DNA of 64,000 nucleotides from a virus: IMG/VR virus record IMGVR_UViG_3300027743_000025, positions 22,174 through 86,173 of that record; one strand, written 5' to 3'. Shown one piece after another: positions 45,901 through 53,615 of the stretch. Within the stretch, counting starts at the first letter, position 1; every line of letters starts with the position of its first letter. A program made the translations under genes and the position numbers. Below the pieces are notes generated by a model that ran no database searches, was not told the DNA's origin, and worked only from the letters and a program-made list of their open reading frames with translations.

Positions 45901-48210
45901 CAGCTCGATCACCTTGTCACCGAATGCGCTCCCCTTGGGAGCGCCCTGCGCGCGGTAGGTGAGAGCACCGCCGTTGTCGATCCGCCAGGATGTGCCTTCC
46001 TTGTCAACCAGCACGTTGTCCCATGTCAGTCCGAACACATCCCAGTTGGACAGCCAAGCATCAACGACAAAGTTCTTACGGATCTGCGTCAACCACTCCT
46101 TGTCCTTCAACTTATCGTTGATAGTCTCACTGAGTTCCTGGCCCTCCACGATCTCGGAGTAGATGTTCTTCCCGTCGTAGTCCACATTAGGCACTGGCAC
46201 ACCGGCTGCTGAGTACAGGTCGTTGGCCAGTTCCTCAACCTTGCCGTGGTCCGGGCTCTTGGGCTTCTTGACGTAGAACTTCTTGGCCGGACCGCCAGCT
46301 GGGTCCGGGATGGTGTACATCCCGCCCTCATTGCTGCCGCCCTGCCCGCCGATCTTCGTGGCGCCTGCATCGTCTTTAGTGAGGTGGGCGATCTTCTTGG
46401 GTGCACGATAGACGGAGCCAGGGGAGAGAGTCAGCTCCTCGGCCCCGGGGGTAGGCGTGCCGGACAGGTCAGATGGCTGCACCTTCAGCTTGGCCTTGTT
46501 GTCGGCACCCTTGAAGATGTCCATGACCTGGCCGTAGTTCCACTTGCCGTTCTTCAGGAACTTGACGATCCCGAACTTGTTGATGAACCGGCCGTCTGCC
46601 CCGCGAGGGTGCTCCCACTCCTCGAAGACTGGAGCCGCCACGACCGGCTCCGGCAGGAGCTTCTGCCAGCCTGTGTCGTCTCCGGCCAGCGAGGCATACA
46701 TGACGTTGTTGCCGGCCTCATCGCTCACCGTGAGGTAGGACTTCTCGTCCATGAAGTCAGGGCCGTGGGTGACCTTCATGGATACGGTGTCGTTGTCAGG
46801 AAGATCATGTGCCCCGCTGAGGGTGAAGTCATACTTGCTCTCCCCGATCCAGAGAGAGAGCGTGTCAAAAGATACTGTGGACGGTAGGTGGCTAGGGTCC
46901 ATGACCTCGATCAGGAAGTCGTTGCCGTAACCAAGCGTGATGTGTGGAACGAATTCTGGATATTGCTCTACGCTCTCCATCTGGTATGCGATCACCGGGT
47001 CGGCAGTGAGAACACATCGAAGATCCGAAAGAGTCTCGGATTCCAGCAGCAGCACGGCCGCGTCGTGATCTCCCAGCCGGCCGCGCCCGTTCACCTCGGT
47101 CTCGATGGGCGTGCACTGCTTGGCCAGGTCCCCGAGACACTGGAGCACGTGGTCCAGCTCGTCGGTTGACAGAGCCGCGCTCATGTATACCAGCGTGGTA
47201 TGTGGGTCATCATCAACAACCAGTGCGTTCACCGGGTCATCAGCTGCCGTGCGACAGACGATCACAGCAGAAGGCACTTCCTCCACAAGGTCCGGCTCGT
47301 CCAGGATCAGGTCAGCAAGCAGAGCCTTAGGGAAGTTGTGTCCTACGGGCGGCCCGTAGTCATACCCCATCGTGTAGTCGTGTACGAACGGGGAGAGGTC
47401 GGCCGACCCCGTGATCGAGTTCAGTTCCTTGGTGCGCCGCTTGATCTCATTCCTGGCCCTCTTGATCCTGGCTTGGGATACCCGGACCCCTAGCTCCAGC
47501 ATCTTCTTCTTGGCCCGAAGAGTGCGCAACTCATTGACACCCTTGGAGGTCAGACCAGGTTCCCCGGCGGCGACATCGGCTGCCTTCTCTAGCTCCTTGA
47601 TACGGGCATTGTGGGCCTTGGATCCCTCCACTTGCTTGGCCAGCTCAGCAGTCTGAATTGCCAGAGCATCTACCGCACGTTCGATATTCAGCTTGGCCTT
47701 GGCTTTGGCGTTTTTGAGCTTCTTGGCCTTGGCTTTGTCAGCAGCAGCAGAGCCTCCTCCTCCTCCTCCTCCTCCTCCTCCTCCCCCTCCTCCTCCGCCC
47801 TTGCCGCCGCCCTTGAACTTGGCAAAGGAAGGTATGCCTCCGTTATCTGTTGCCTTAGACAGATCTCGGCCCTCTATGGCAAATGAGTTGAGAGTAGTGG
47901 ATTCCAGTGTTCCAGTCGGCTTCAGTCCATGCTTCTGCTGGTAGTCCTTGAGTGCTCGCGCTGTCTCCGGTCCGAAGTAGCCGGTGGCTGGGATGTTGTA
48001 GCCGGCAGCCCGCAATGCCTCTTGAAGGCGCGTGACGGCTGGCCCGGATGCTCCTTGGCCGAGCCCGCCGCTTTTAGTGTTGCCCTGCCCAGACGTGCTG
48101 AACTTGCCAGAAGGATCCCTCTTGATCTTGGATTCTTCAAATGCTCGCTGCCGCTCGGACGGGTCCTTGGCGCGGCTTGGCCGCTCCCGCTTTGGTTGAG
48201 TCACGTTCAA
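39973..48210 (-). CDS. giant polyvalent virion protein (PG-binding, 2H phosphoesterase, PI3/4K-HipA-like kinase, SH3-like repeats, unknown C-terminal domain)
   Basis: G..GPAV..LQ..L...G.FG..T..AL; HTTL and HITL; GSN.GG...YVK...E..A..LY...DAWL.NWD...DN...IDNGGAL; start TTG 48210 or GTG 48204. Confidence 0.85.
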   Translation of the reverse strand: MNVTQPKRERPSRAKDPSERQRAFEESKIKRDPSGKFSTSGQGNTKSGGLGQGASGPAVTRLQEALRAAGYNIPATGYFGPETARALKDYQQKHGLKPTGTLESTTLNSFAIEGRDLSKATDNGGIPSFAKFKGGGKGGGGGGGGGGGGGGGGSAAADKAKAKKLKNAKAKAKLNIERAVDALAIQTAELAKQVEGSKAHNARIKELEKAADVAAGEPGLTSKGVNELRTLRAKKKMLELGVRVSQARIKRARNEIKRRTKELNSITGSADLSPFVHDYTMGYDYGPPVGHNFPKALLADLILDEPDLVEEVPSAVIVCRTAADDPVNALVVDDDPHTTLVYMSAALSTDELDHVLQCLGDLAKQCTPIETEVNGRGRLGDHDAAVLLLESETLSDLRCVLTADPVIAYQMESVEQYPEFVPHITLGYGNDFLIEVMDPSHLPSTVSFDTLSLWIGESKYDFTLSGAHDLPDNDTVSMKVTHGPDFMDEKSYLTVSDEAGNNVMYASLAGDDTGWQKLLPEPVVAAPVFEEWEHPRGADGRFINKFGIVKFLKNGKWNYGQVMDIFKGADNKAKLKVQPSDLSGTPTPGAEELTLSPGSVYRAPKKIAHLTKDDAGATKIGGQGGSNEGGMYTIPDPAGGPAKKFYVKKPKSPDHGKVEELANDLYSAAGVPVPNVDYDGKNIYSEIVEGQELSETINDKLKDKEWLTQIRKNFVVDAWLSNWDVFGLTWDNVLVDKEGTSWRIDNGGALTYRAQGAPKGSAFGDKVIELESMRGGKKAPIYGEGNMPKEDELDGAVRVLAISPEEIDDLVAERGLPQSLADTLKSRRKYIAGYYDLPLPEASKPIDIPDVAENSGLSRKWFPMALGQAITMSSPGDYIRLNSKTIRIGVNESDGSLMDPDQLQNQRWDLLDKYTSSTKVHYQSPLLNSMDRPHDGAVLNSTDLHSVMFERGDKITDPFGQVMEVMGVSPTKKKIMIRPEGYQNSVVLDTEHMQTGAYTVHRWDPPPEAQKPNLPEAAQAEVNQVVQQLEPVPVPEPEVQVSEPQQKTGMAATVEAQVKEDIKAAAESSAAAVATADSKNSILGDGTEAAPGAKVVSKKDGKTYTYVKKKGYSSVVKDENGKELMKASSTLTQPGKTPAANVDGAKTPLTGDGKVPQLGMSAKAKDGHEGKVVMVSPDGKFVFIENAAGVRKRKSVGTVTITEESVAAVDIPEPEPVEVPAAPDNAGAVVSAAEPVNQSDEAKTLADWIDSGVLKVGHKVSPISSPDNSYQIIAITDTTVRMIDKNETPFTVLKTALNDFTVDTTPTVIPESAGVPESPTKTGPHGGPLVNVFSLKPGDSVFHGDEVVLVTNVDQIESAGHGYVSFSTGTVGYFDAESPFTEKTETSIFDEDGAFLPAHQIIPHLEPGDEVEAGEYLFIVVENNLPLGDDKAAVVVDLGNPSPHLLSTTDFGPMANIRVTRKGSDYVDAELTQGQIDAAHAMAEKMKAGPGTPDDHKLTGNQGQDAAGWALNQNLKYDDAKYSIFVSGAGTFWRRHTTSGWQMWTVNAAGTGGTWVGEGDLEGPLGLKNFHQVTGTEFLTLPNGYGVTIQSGDQIAKIGNEYYIATPSSTAWYHIDGNDSVDVNTAVNKYLSTGEPYAVTLFHDPFSPQVDVVDVAPAPGPGSVATLDTVSGWTVASWESVVHVIDTDTYYVQAGPGKAWFPVKEDGNLGSASISHHVMSLVPEDKATLVHQSEEDGDPFPEPTTPQAEPNLLQNLLDATLKSQGQGLGGTFDNYVAQVDDIVLKSDTSAGTTYLVKGEDGKYHTIVNGTPEAAGYEESAMKSFIEATNTGQLIAGVKMSVAQGKLDQYDATTAPDLSGPGPASPVPQKINNVGFVTGLPQFEGLTYELQPGEELYTTGTNAYVSVPGTGPDVENLQVHQIYHPYGETEMQKVQFATYGDGFTKPLVKIAFAPQSATPVQSAASGANVSIGAPHPSTLEKSTATTLGEIGLEPGDWFYVDNGDNDPDYPPKYMKVKDYNGALAGGWIDVDIYTVDQKTDTASFTQSKSFKQSDTAPSTTNVYVMKKAAPPPAPVVVKPGAPALPTEDETLAWGGALTKNGYIPSVGMHVAGKGPMHGKIVSLSKNKQSAVVLTSTGEKSTRLVSALRLDMEEYTPYKAPLPPSVVPQGMALAVDTPAEALGKTLQDGKWRAIVTSVPGIRNGEMVTVRAVGPSGKKYNRVIFSLTKEQRATLASNLATGAMEEQGDWVRSKKLTGDIAVGERVALKPSASSKPENQGAWRPDNSGNPPNFEVVAVEDTPDGNKKVTFKSLGSTDVVTTPWASGHTYTVNTWDPTKIKVLSPGQFTLSQTAKDKGWTIAHDGGLSAMHADGTLDVEPGQAVPAHKSAFSDFGSSTNVRLVASNGVVIEVVEPSGSYKNDSRYGMTSVSLPEGATDADLSAALAELGLGGYSPMTQSSAKQQVRVMLSTMVKWNQADVENTQGLSDEQIFKLAGDQMGIPDLGWQDVRVGVDESIGKVSFFWSDRAITAMKAKSKMNLVVKGGSRADAETVVSAALYGQVNSMNKRLNGAVYAPSGKGLGKSAQSDSGGYAGHGAYASAKSYTRLPDHNDQASYVSGGIMSYYRPEAVYGRIGDMRASLGDVFGNPTYGEENVFKNILNWGNVKDYYISGGLSPEQTSMIAVPSQKEVDSAIAKLKAKGIVSINGIPLEKYIVTMAVAKTMKPSDLPPLYLPPNIRNILDLPESYEV
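47753..47796 (-). repeat. (GGA)n trinucleotide run encoding poly-Gly
   Basis: About 14 near-perfect CCT units on the plus strand. Confidence 0.9.
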
Positions 48211-49715
48211 CCCCCCAGGATCTGCTGCGCTGAGTCAGGCATCGGTACCGGAGACTCTGCCACGTTCTGATCCCGCTGCTCCGACAGCACGTGTGGGAGT
48301 GCCACGTTCAGCAGGGAGACTGTGGTATCTGGAGGCAGGACTCCCTTAGATGCGACCAGCATGAGCGCCAGCTCCTGCTCAGTGGGGGCATCAGTCTCGG
48401 CCAGCCCGTTCTCCCGGCGCCAGGCTTTCGGCCCCACCAGGAAGTGCTCGAACCCGATCGTCACCTCATCCGACTGGTTGGGTCGGGTCACAATCTGCGA
48501 GGGGTCATACCAGACGACTACCCGGCTGACATCGGCCTCTGCGAAGCCCTCGGAGAGCAGCCGGATACGCAGGTACATGTCAGTGACAGCGTCGGACAGT
48601 GCCAGTGCCAGCGGCTCGATGTTGGCCTTATACAGGTTGTCGTCGATGACCACCGCGTTGCTGTACTTGACAGCCGCCAGGCCGGCCACCATTTCCTTAG
48701 GAACGTCGATGCCCTGAAGGATGCGCTCCAGCGAGCGCTCCGCCCGGTTGACAAGCCACTCATCACTGCTGCGCTCGAAGGTGATGTGTCGGATGGCCTG
48801 CCCCAGGTCGGACGGGCCGGTGACAACCATGGGCACTACGGAGCTAGCGCTGCCCTCATCCGAGACGGGAGTAACCATGGCGTCCATCAGCTCGGCCAGG
48901 AAAGCGTTGCCGGGGTCAACCACGGCCTGCTCTCCGTCTTCCGCGCTGGGATCTGCCACCGTAGCGGACGGTACGGTGACACCATCAGGGACGTACAGAA
49001 GGCCGGCGTTCAGCCGGCTGCGAGTCGCTGAGCGGACCAGCCGCTGTAGCATCAGGAGTTCCTCGATCGAGTCCGTGAGGGACATCAGAGAGGAATCCGG
49101 CTCCTTGGAGTACTCCGGGTGCTCGCGCCATACCCGGGCGATGTACGTAGAAGTAGGAAGTGGTTGCTGTGGTCCCCCGCGCATGGGCTGATAGAGAACC
49201 GAATTCTGCTCTACCTTGACTTCCTTTGTGGACTTGAAGACCCACTTGCCGGATCCCGGCAGCTGCATGAAGTAGACCTCTCCGGCCACGTTCATGTTCA
49301 GAGCGAAGGACCGAACCTTTGAGCTGAAGTTGTCAGTCGTGAACTCCAGCATGATCTCCTGAGCACGCTTCGCCAGGTCGGCGTCTACCTTGCCCTTCTC
49401 AGCCGCCTCGACGATGGAGGTCGGAGCCTGCTCAGGGTCCAGCACGACGGCCGGGTAGAGGCGTATCCGAGAGAGAATGCTGCCTACCAGGTTGAACCCG
49501 TAGTGGATCTCCCCCACTCGCTCGTACCCCACCCAGGCATCGGTCTGCCAGACCTCCCAAGGCCGCGAGCCCGGCTGCATCTCTTTGACCTTAATACGCT
49601 CGGTTGAAGCCGTAATAGGCCGTTGCGCGTTATATGCGGCAGGTATGGCCGGCTGCGCTTTGGCCCGCCGGGGTGGCTCCGGATTGCGCGGGGTATCGCG
49701 CGTGAAGATGCCCAT
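48207..49715 (-). CDS. portal protein
   Basis: WQ..AW..Y..VGE, N..VAGE, RVW..HP..S.EPDS, SRLNAG.L.VP. Confidence 0.88.
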   Translation of the reverse strand: MGIFTRDTPRNPEPPRRAKAQPAIPAAYNAQRPITASTERIKVKEMQPGSRPWEVWQTDAWVGYERVGEIHYGFNLVGSILSRIRLYPAVVLDPEQAPTSIVEAAEKGKVDADLAKRAQEIMLEFTTDNFSSKVRSFALNMNVAGEVYFMQLPGSGKWVFKSTKEVKVEQNSVLYQPMRGGPQQPLPTSTYIARVWREHPEYSKEPDSSLMSLTDSIEELLMLQRLVRSATRSRLNAGLLYVPDGVTVPSATVADPSAEDGEQAVVDPGNAFLAELMDAMVTPVSDEGSASSVVPMVVTGPSDLGQAIRHITFERSSDEWLVNRAERSLERILQGIDVPKEMVAGLAAVKYSNAVVIDDNLYKANIEPLALALSDAVTDMYLRIRLLSEGFAEADVSRVVVWYDPSQIVTRPNQSDEVTIGFEHFLVGPKAWRRENGLAETDAPTEQELALMLVASKGVLPPDTTVSLLNVALPHVLSEQRDQNVAESPVPMPDSAQQILGG

Positions 49716-49732
49716 AGGGGAATACTACGGTG

Positions 49733-49978
49733 TCAACCGGAGTGGGTCACCACGTGTGCACACTGCTCGCAAACTGGTCCAACCCCGAATGGGGCTTCCC
49801 ACCAGTCAGCGGCCTTTACCTTGTAAGAAAGGTCGGCCCCGCACATAACCTCTCCGAGAGGCATGGTCGGCAGAGCCAGGTGGACCGGGGGCTCATCTTC
49901 CGAGGACCACTCATCGATCACCCGGTACCACCGCTCCCTACGATCTTGGAAGTCCTGCTCCGTGAGTGGCTCAGTCAC
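49733..49978 (-). CDS. hypothetical Zn-binding protein (H...CG...CxxC)
   Basis: GTG overlapping the end of the upstream gene. Confidence 0.55.
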   Translation of the reverse strand: MTEPLTEQDFQDRRERWYRVIDEWSSEDEPPVHLALPTMPLGEVMCGADLSYKVKAADWWEAPFGVGPVCEQCAHVVTHSG

Positions 49979-50378
49979 GGCTGTACCGACCAGTGAACGG
50001 AGCCGGCTTAGCGGCTGCTGCCTGTTGCTGCTGCTCGGGAGCGATAGGGGTGGAGACAAGGAAGACCCCAGGGAACGGATTCCAGCTCTTGATCACCCGC
50101 GCCCCACAGGATGGACATCCTCCCCGGCGCTGCACGTTGTAGCCGCCAACCACTCCGCCGTGATACGAGACGTACGGAGCTATCTCCTCCGTGTCCATCT
50201 CGATGTCAACCCGCTCAACCTTGGTGCCCACCGACCAACCGATGGTCAACGCGCGCTCAGTGATGATGGCCCGGAGCTTGATGCTGCTGTTGGCCGGTAC
50301 GCCAGCCGGCAGCGGGGTGATGGTAGCTGGGTAGATGTCGGCATACACCGCTGCCCGCTGGCCAGGCTGGTAGATCAC
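49971..50378 (-). CDS. hypothetical protein
   Basis: GGGGAG RBS; GC.SCG motif. Confidence 0.7.
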   Translation of the reverse strand: MIYQPGQRAAVYADIYPATITPLPAGVPANSSIKLRAIITERALTIGWSVGTKVERVDIEMDTEEIAPYVSYHGGVVGGYNVQRRGGCPSCGARVIKSWNPFPGVFLVSTPIAPEQQQQAAAAKPAPFTGRYSRD

Positions 50379-50551
50379 GACTCCCCCTTATGCTGCCCGT
50401 TCAAGATCGGAGCCACGTGAGCCAGAATCAGCTGGAAGGCTTGATCCTGGCTGAACCCAGCTGACTTGTAAGACAGATACAGCTCATGCAGCGCCACGGC
50501 CGCGTGCTTCATGGTGGGCGGCTCGGATGGTGCCTTGTCCTTGGGGTCCAT
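50375..50551 (-). CDS. hypothetical 58-aa protein (not in ORF track)
   Basis: ALHELYLSYKSAGFSQDQAFQL, a common phage small-protein pattern; coupled at both ends. Confidence 0.7.
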   Translation of the reverse strand: MDPKDKAPSEPPTMKHAAVALHELYLSYKSAGFSQDQAFQLILAHVAPILNGQHKGES

Positions 50552-50877
50552 CAGTTCTCCGGCATCTCGTCAATCTTGGCCTGCACTGTAAGGAGCATGG
50601 CCGCCGCCATGGAGAGCGCGCCGGCCTTTGTCAACCAGCGCCCGGACTTGAAGCGGGAGGCTAACAGGACAGCGCCGCCGGCCCATATGGAGACGCACCA
50701 GGGGCAGTCAACCAGATACCCGGCCCTCTTGCGCAAGGCCCCGGCGCCAGGTTTCTCAGCCCAGGCCATGACCGCGTCGCGGATCGGGCGAGCGATCTCG
50801 TCGTCAGTTACCAGTCGTGTCAACCGGGCAGTGGCCGCCGCCATGACGACGGCCCTCCCAGCGTCTTGAGGTGTCAT
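50551..50877 (-). CDS. DUF1360 membrane protein
   Basis: RLTRLVTDDEI..PIR...LVDCPWCVSIW. Confidence 0.85.
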   Translation of the reverse strand: MTPQDAGRAVVMAAATARLTRLVTDDEIARPIRDAVMAWAEKPGAGALRKRAGYLVDCPWCVSIWAGGAVLLASRFKSGRWLTKAGALSMAAAMLLTVQAKIDEMPEN

Positions 50878-51044
50878 CGCCGCGTCAGGTGTGGGGTGAG
50901 CCGCTGGCCGCCGGACTTGGCACGCAGATCCATGCACATCTGGCCGGGGCCGGCCGCGCAGGTCGGGCACACAGTGGACAGCCGGAGGTCGAACTTCGTG
51001 ACCTTGCCGCAATCACAGCCGATTTCCAGGAACCGCTTCGCCAT
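50874..51044 (-). CDS. 56-aa zinc-finger protein (not in ORF track)
   Basis: AGGAGG RBS; CDC...CPTC.A.PG..C...H..R; ATGA overlap. Confidence 0.7.
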   Translation of the reverse strand: MAKRFLEIGCDCGKVTKFDLRLSTVCPTCAAGPGQMCMDLRAKSGGQRLTPHLTRR

Positions 51045-51107
51045 CTCTTGTTCCTCCTGAGAAAGAAGTTATCAGAAGGAATCCTAGTAGAGAGAAGTCC
51101 GTTTCTA

Positions 51108-51157
51108 CAACAACAAATGGAGCGGGTGACCTGCCACGAGAAACAGGTCACCCGCTC
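51108..51157 (-). terminator. intrinsic terminator
   Basis: 14-bp stem GAGCGGGTGACCTG/CAGGTCACCCGCTC followed on the minus strand by ATTTGTTGTT. Confidence 0.7.
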
Positions 51158-51260
51158 ACTTCATCATCCAGCCGCGCCACCACAGTCCACGGCTATCTGA
51201 AGTTAAGTGGGAGCTAGCACTCACGGGGGTCGGCGTAACTAGCTCCCAACGCCGGAGACG

Positions 51261-51410
51261 CTACCGGTTGAGGTCGCTCCGCGCAAGTAGCGCGAAGGTC
51301 ACCGCAAGGACAGCGAGACCGAACCCAATGTTGGCCTGATCCCGGATGTAGAAGATGAGAGACGCAACAGCGCCCAGCACCGCTACCAGGGGAACCCACT
51401 TGAGGTACAT
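51261..51410 (-). CDS. 49-aa two-TM membrane protein (not in ORF track)
   Basis: GGAGGGAGG RBS; MYLKWVPLVAVLGAVASLIFYIRDQANIGFGLAVLAVTFALLARSDLNR. Confidence 0.65.
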   Translation of the reverse strand: MYLKWVPLVAVLGAVASLIFYIRDQANIGFGLAVLAVTFALLARSDLNR

Positions 51411-51429
51411 GGAACACCTCCCTCCACCA

Positions 51430-52095
51430 CTAGGGATGGAATGTCAACCAACACCGGCATCCGATCACTTCGTCCAGCGGAGCACGCGGGTCTCCAGGGA
51501 ACCGAAGTTCGATCCCTTCTGGTGTAACAAAGTTGTCGGAGATCGGTACGGTACTACCGGGGTAGTTTCGCGACCCAAGTATTGCATGCGAGGTTCGTAC
51601 CCTGGTATCCCCGACGTTATGCCAGCGCTTCCGAGTCAGGCCGATGCCGTCTGCCGCGCTCATCTGCGCTGAGGAGATCACCGCGTGGGCCACCAGATTG
51701 TGCAGCCGCTCGGGGTCCAGGTACTCGGGGGTTTCCCCGGGAGTTGGTGGGTTATCGTGAACATTCCTCACGACTGACTTGGCCGCTTTGGTCAGGATCT
51801 GCATGCCGGCGTCATGGCCAGCCTCACGCGCCCGGTCGGCCGTGGCCAGTAGCGCCTCCGCGCGGCGGTTGGAGGAGCCTTCCCGTTGGCGGGCCAGCGC
51901 CCGGTCAGCCACCCGGTAGAGCGCCCCGCCGATGGTGTCCGGGAGCTGGAGAGTGTTCGCGATCTGCTGCCAGGACCCAGTCACCGTTCCCTTGGTGGCA
52001 CCGTAAGAGGCGTAGGCCGCGAGCACCACAGCTAGTGCCGGCAGCAGGGAGTTGGCATCCTCTTCCTGCTCCTGCTGCTCTGTGGGCTGTGTCAT
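51430..52095 (-). CDS. MuF-like minor head protein
   Basis: KRW...D.RVR.SH...FPGDP...EVI.CRC. Confidence 0.85.
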   Translation of the reverse strand: MTQPTEQQEQEEDANSLLPALAVVLAAYASYGATKGTVTGSWQQIANTLQLPDTIGGALYRVADRALARQREGSSNRRAEALLATADRAREAGHDAGMQILTKAAKSVVRNVHDNPPTPGETPEYLDPERLHNLVAHAVISSAQMSAADGIGLTRKRWHNVGDTRVRTSHAILGSRNYPGSTVPISDNFVTPEGIELRFPGDPRAPLDEVIGCRCWLTFHP

Positions 52096-53615
52096 GGCAT
52101 ATGCCTTCCGCGCCGCCGGTTCGGGATGCCCCGAGCGATCGTCAAGCTACCGGAGGTCCGGGACTGGTGGGTGAACTTGATGAACCCTGCCGGCCGCTGC
52201 GTCACCGTACGGGTGGTGGCCGATCCGGGAGCGCCGCCCTTCAGCGCATCCGGGAAGAGTGCCGCCGCTAGAGCCCATCCGGCCGCGTCCATTCGGTCGG
52301 GGGAGTAGCCAGACTCGCCGGGAACCCAGCTGGTCTCCTGATCTTCCAGGTCGACGAAATAACCGACGTGGTGAATGCGGCCTTTCTCGTATGCTGCTGC
52401 TACCGGCCCGAACCGCACTGCCTTGGAGGCGGTAGCCCAGACCTCGCGGACCGGTGGGGAGACGGTGTTGGCATGGCTGGCAGCCTGACGGATCACGCGC
52501 TTGACCAGAGCGCCGCCCTGGTTAGTTTCCACGATCACCGTCGCCTGGTGCTCGCGCGCTACCTGAATCACCTTGTCACCCCACACCGATGGGGAGGCCC
52601 GGAAAGAGTAGTCGGCTATCACGTAAGCGTGCCGTTTGAGGACCGGGTGTGTGAGTGGCACCGCTACCACGACGATGCCGCACTCATCGTTGGGCCGCTC
52701 GGCAACCGAGGGGTCAACCCCCACGTAGAAAGCCCAGCGGGTGCCGGGAAGCGTGGGCACCTGGTTGACACGGAACGCTTCTATTGTGGACTCCGCTACC
52801 TGCGCCCCATCTACCTCATCCAGCATCACTCCGTCCAGCTCCTGCTGGCCCAAGGTGGTGCCTTCGTAGAGATCCATGAGCACGTCGAGATACACGCCGG
52901 ACAGGTACGGGTTCGACTTCGTCGCCATGTTCTTGAGCAGGATTCGCTTGGCTGGATCCTTCGCGTCTGCGATCAGCTTGCGCAGCACCGCTACCCGCTT
53001 AGGAGTAGTCGCCGCAAGGATCTGCGGAATGCGGCCCATACGGGTGCCGATACGCAGGTTGTCCCACGCTGTCAGACCGTCCACGCCCGGCTTCCACTTG
53101 TGCGCGGCCAGTTCATCCGCCACGCCGATATGGAACGCCGGACCACGTAGCTGGTCAGGTTCCTCAGCCGAGAAGGTCAGGAGCGTGCCACCGTAAGGAA
53201 GTTCCACCAACCGGCGGGATGGGATCCAGTTCAGCGCGTCCACTTCAGAGGGTGGGTAGATGTTCATGAGACCGGATGGACCCTCAAGAAGAATGTCGCG
53301 AACGTCGGCCGACGTACGGCCGAGCAGTGCGCCCTTGAGCGACCGGCCAGGATCCCGGCCGAGCTTGGCCCAGTTCTTGTCGAGATCCCGGACCCATTCA
53401 GTCATAGAGCGGGACTTGCCGGCACCACGGCCGCCGAGCAGGAGCGCGACCGAGAAGTCTTCGCCGCCATCCTCCTTGCGGGTCGGCACGATCTGAGACG
53501 GCCGGCCCATGAACTCCCAGCTGTAGAGCAGCTCCATGGGATCCAGCCCAGCCAGAGCCTCGGCCTGCTCCTCTGAAGGAAGGGCCGCTAGCTGCTGCTC
53601 CAGCGATAGGTCCAT
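52092..53615 (-). CDS. terminase large subunit
   Basis: GGRGAGKS, LRGP.FH...DE, GVDP...DECGIVV, SPDRMDA. Confidence 0.93.
   Translation of the reverse strand: MDLSLEQQLAALPSEEQAEALAGLDPMELLYSWEFMGRPSQIVPTRKEDGGEDFSVALLLGGRGAGKSRSMTEWVRDLDKNWAKLGRDPGRSLKGALLGRTSADVRDILLEGPSGLMNIYPPSEVDALNWIPSRRLVELPYGGTLLTFSAEEPDQLRGPAFHIGVADELAAHKWKPGVDGLTAWDNLRIGTRMGRIPQILAATTPKRVAVLRKLIADAKDPAKRILLKNMATKSNPYLSGVYLDVLMDLYEGTTLGQQELDGVMLDEVDGAQVAESTIEAFRVNQVPTLPGTRWAFYVGVDPSVAERPNDECGIVVVAVPLTHPVLKRHAYVIADYSFRASPSVWGDKVIQVAREHQATVIVETNQGGALVKRVIRQAASHANTVSPPVREVWATASKAVRFGPVAAAYEKGRIHHVGYFVDLEDQETSWVPGESGYSPDRMDAAGWALAAALFPDALKGGAPGSATTRTVTQRPAGFIKFTHQSRTSGSLTIARGIPNRRRGRHMP

Noticed and set aside
48204-48216. 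-1 frameshift fusing portal to the giant protein at G GGG GGT
   Set aside because: The frame is compatible, but the heptamer is non-canonical and the G-run works equally well as the RBS for GTG 48204; no supporting structure seen
51214-51417. 67-aa ORF from the track
   Set aside because: The alternative frame 51261-51410 has a strong RBS and a coherent two-TM product
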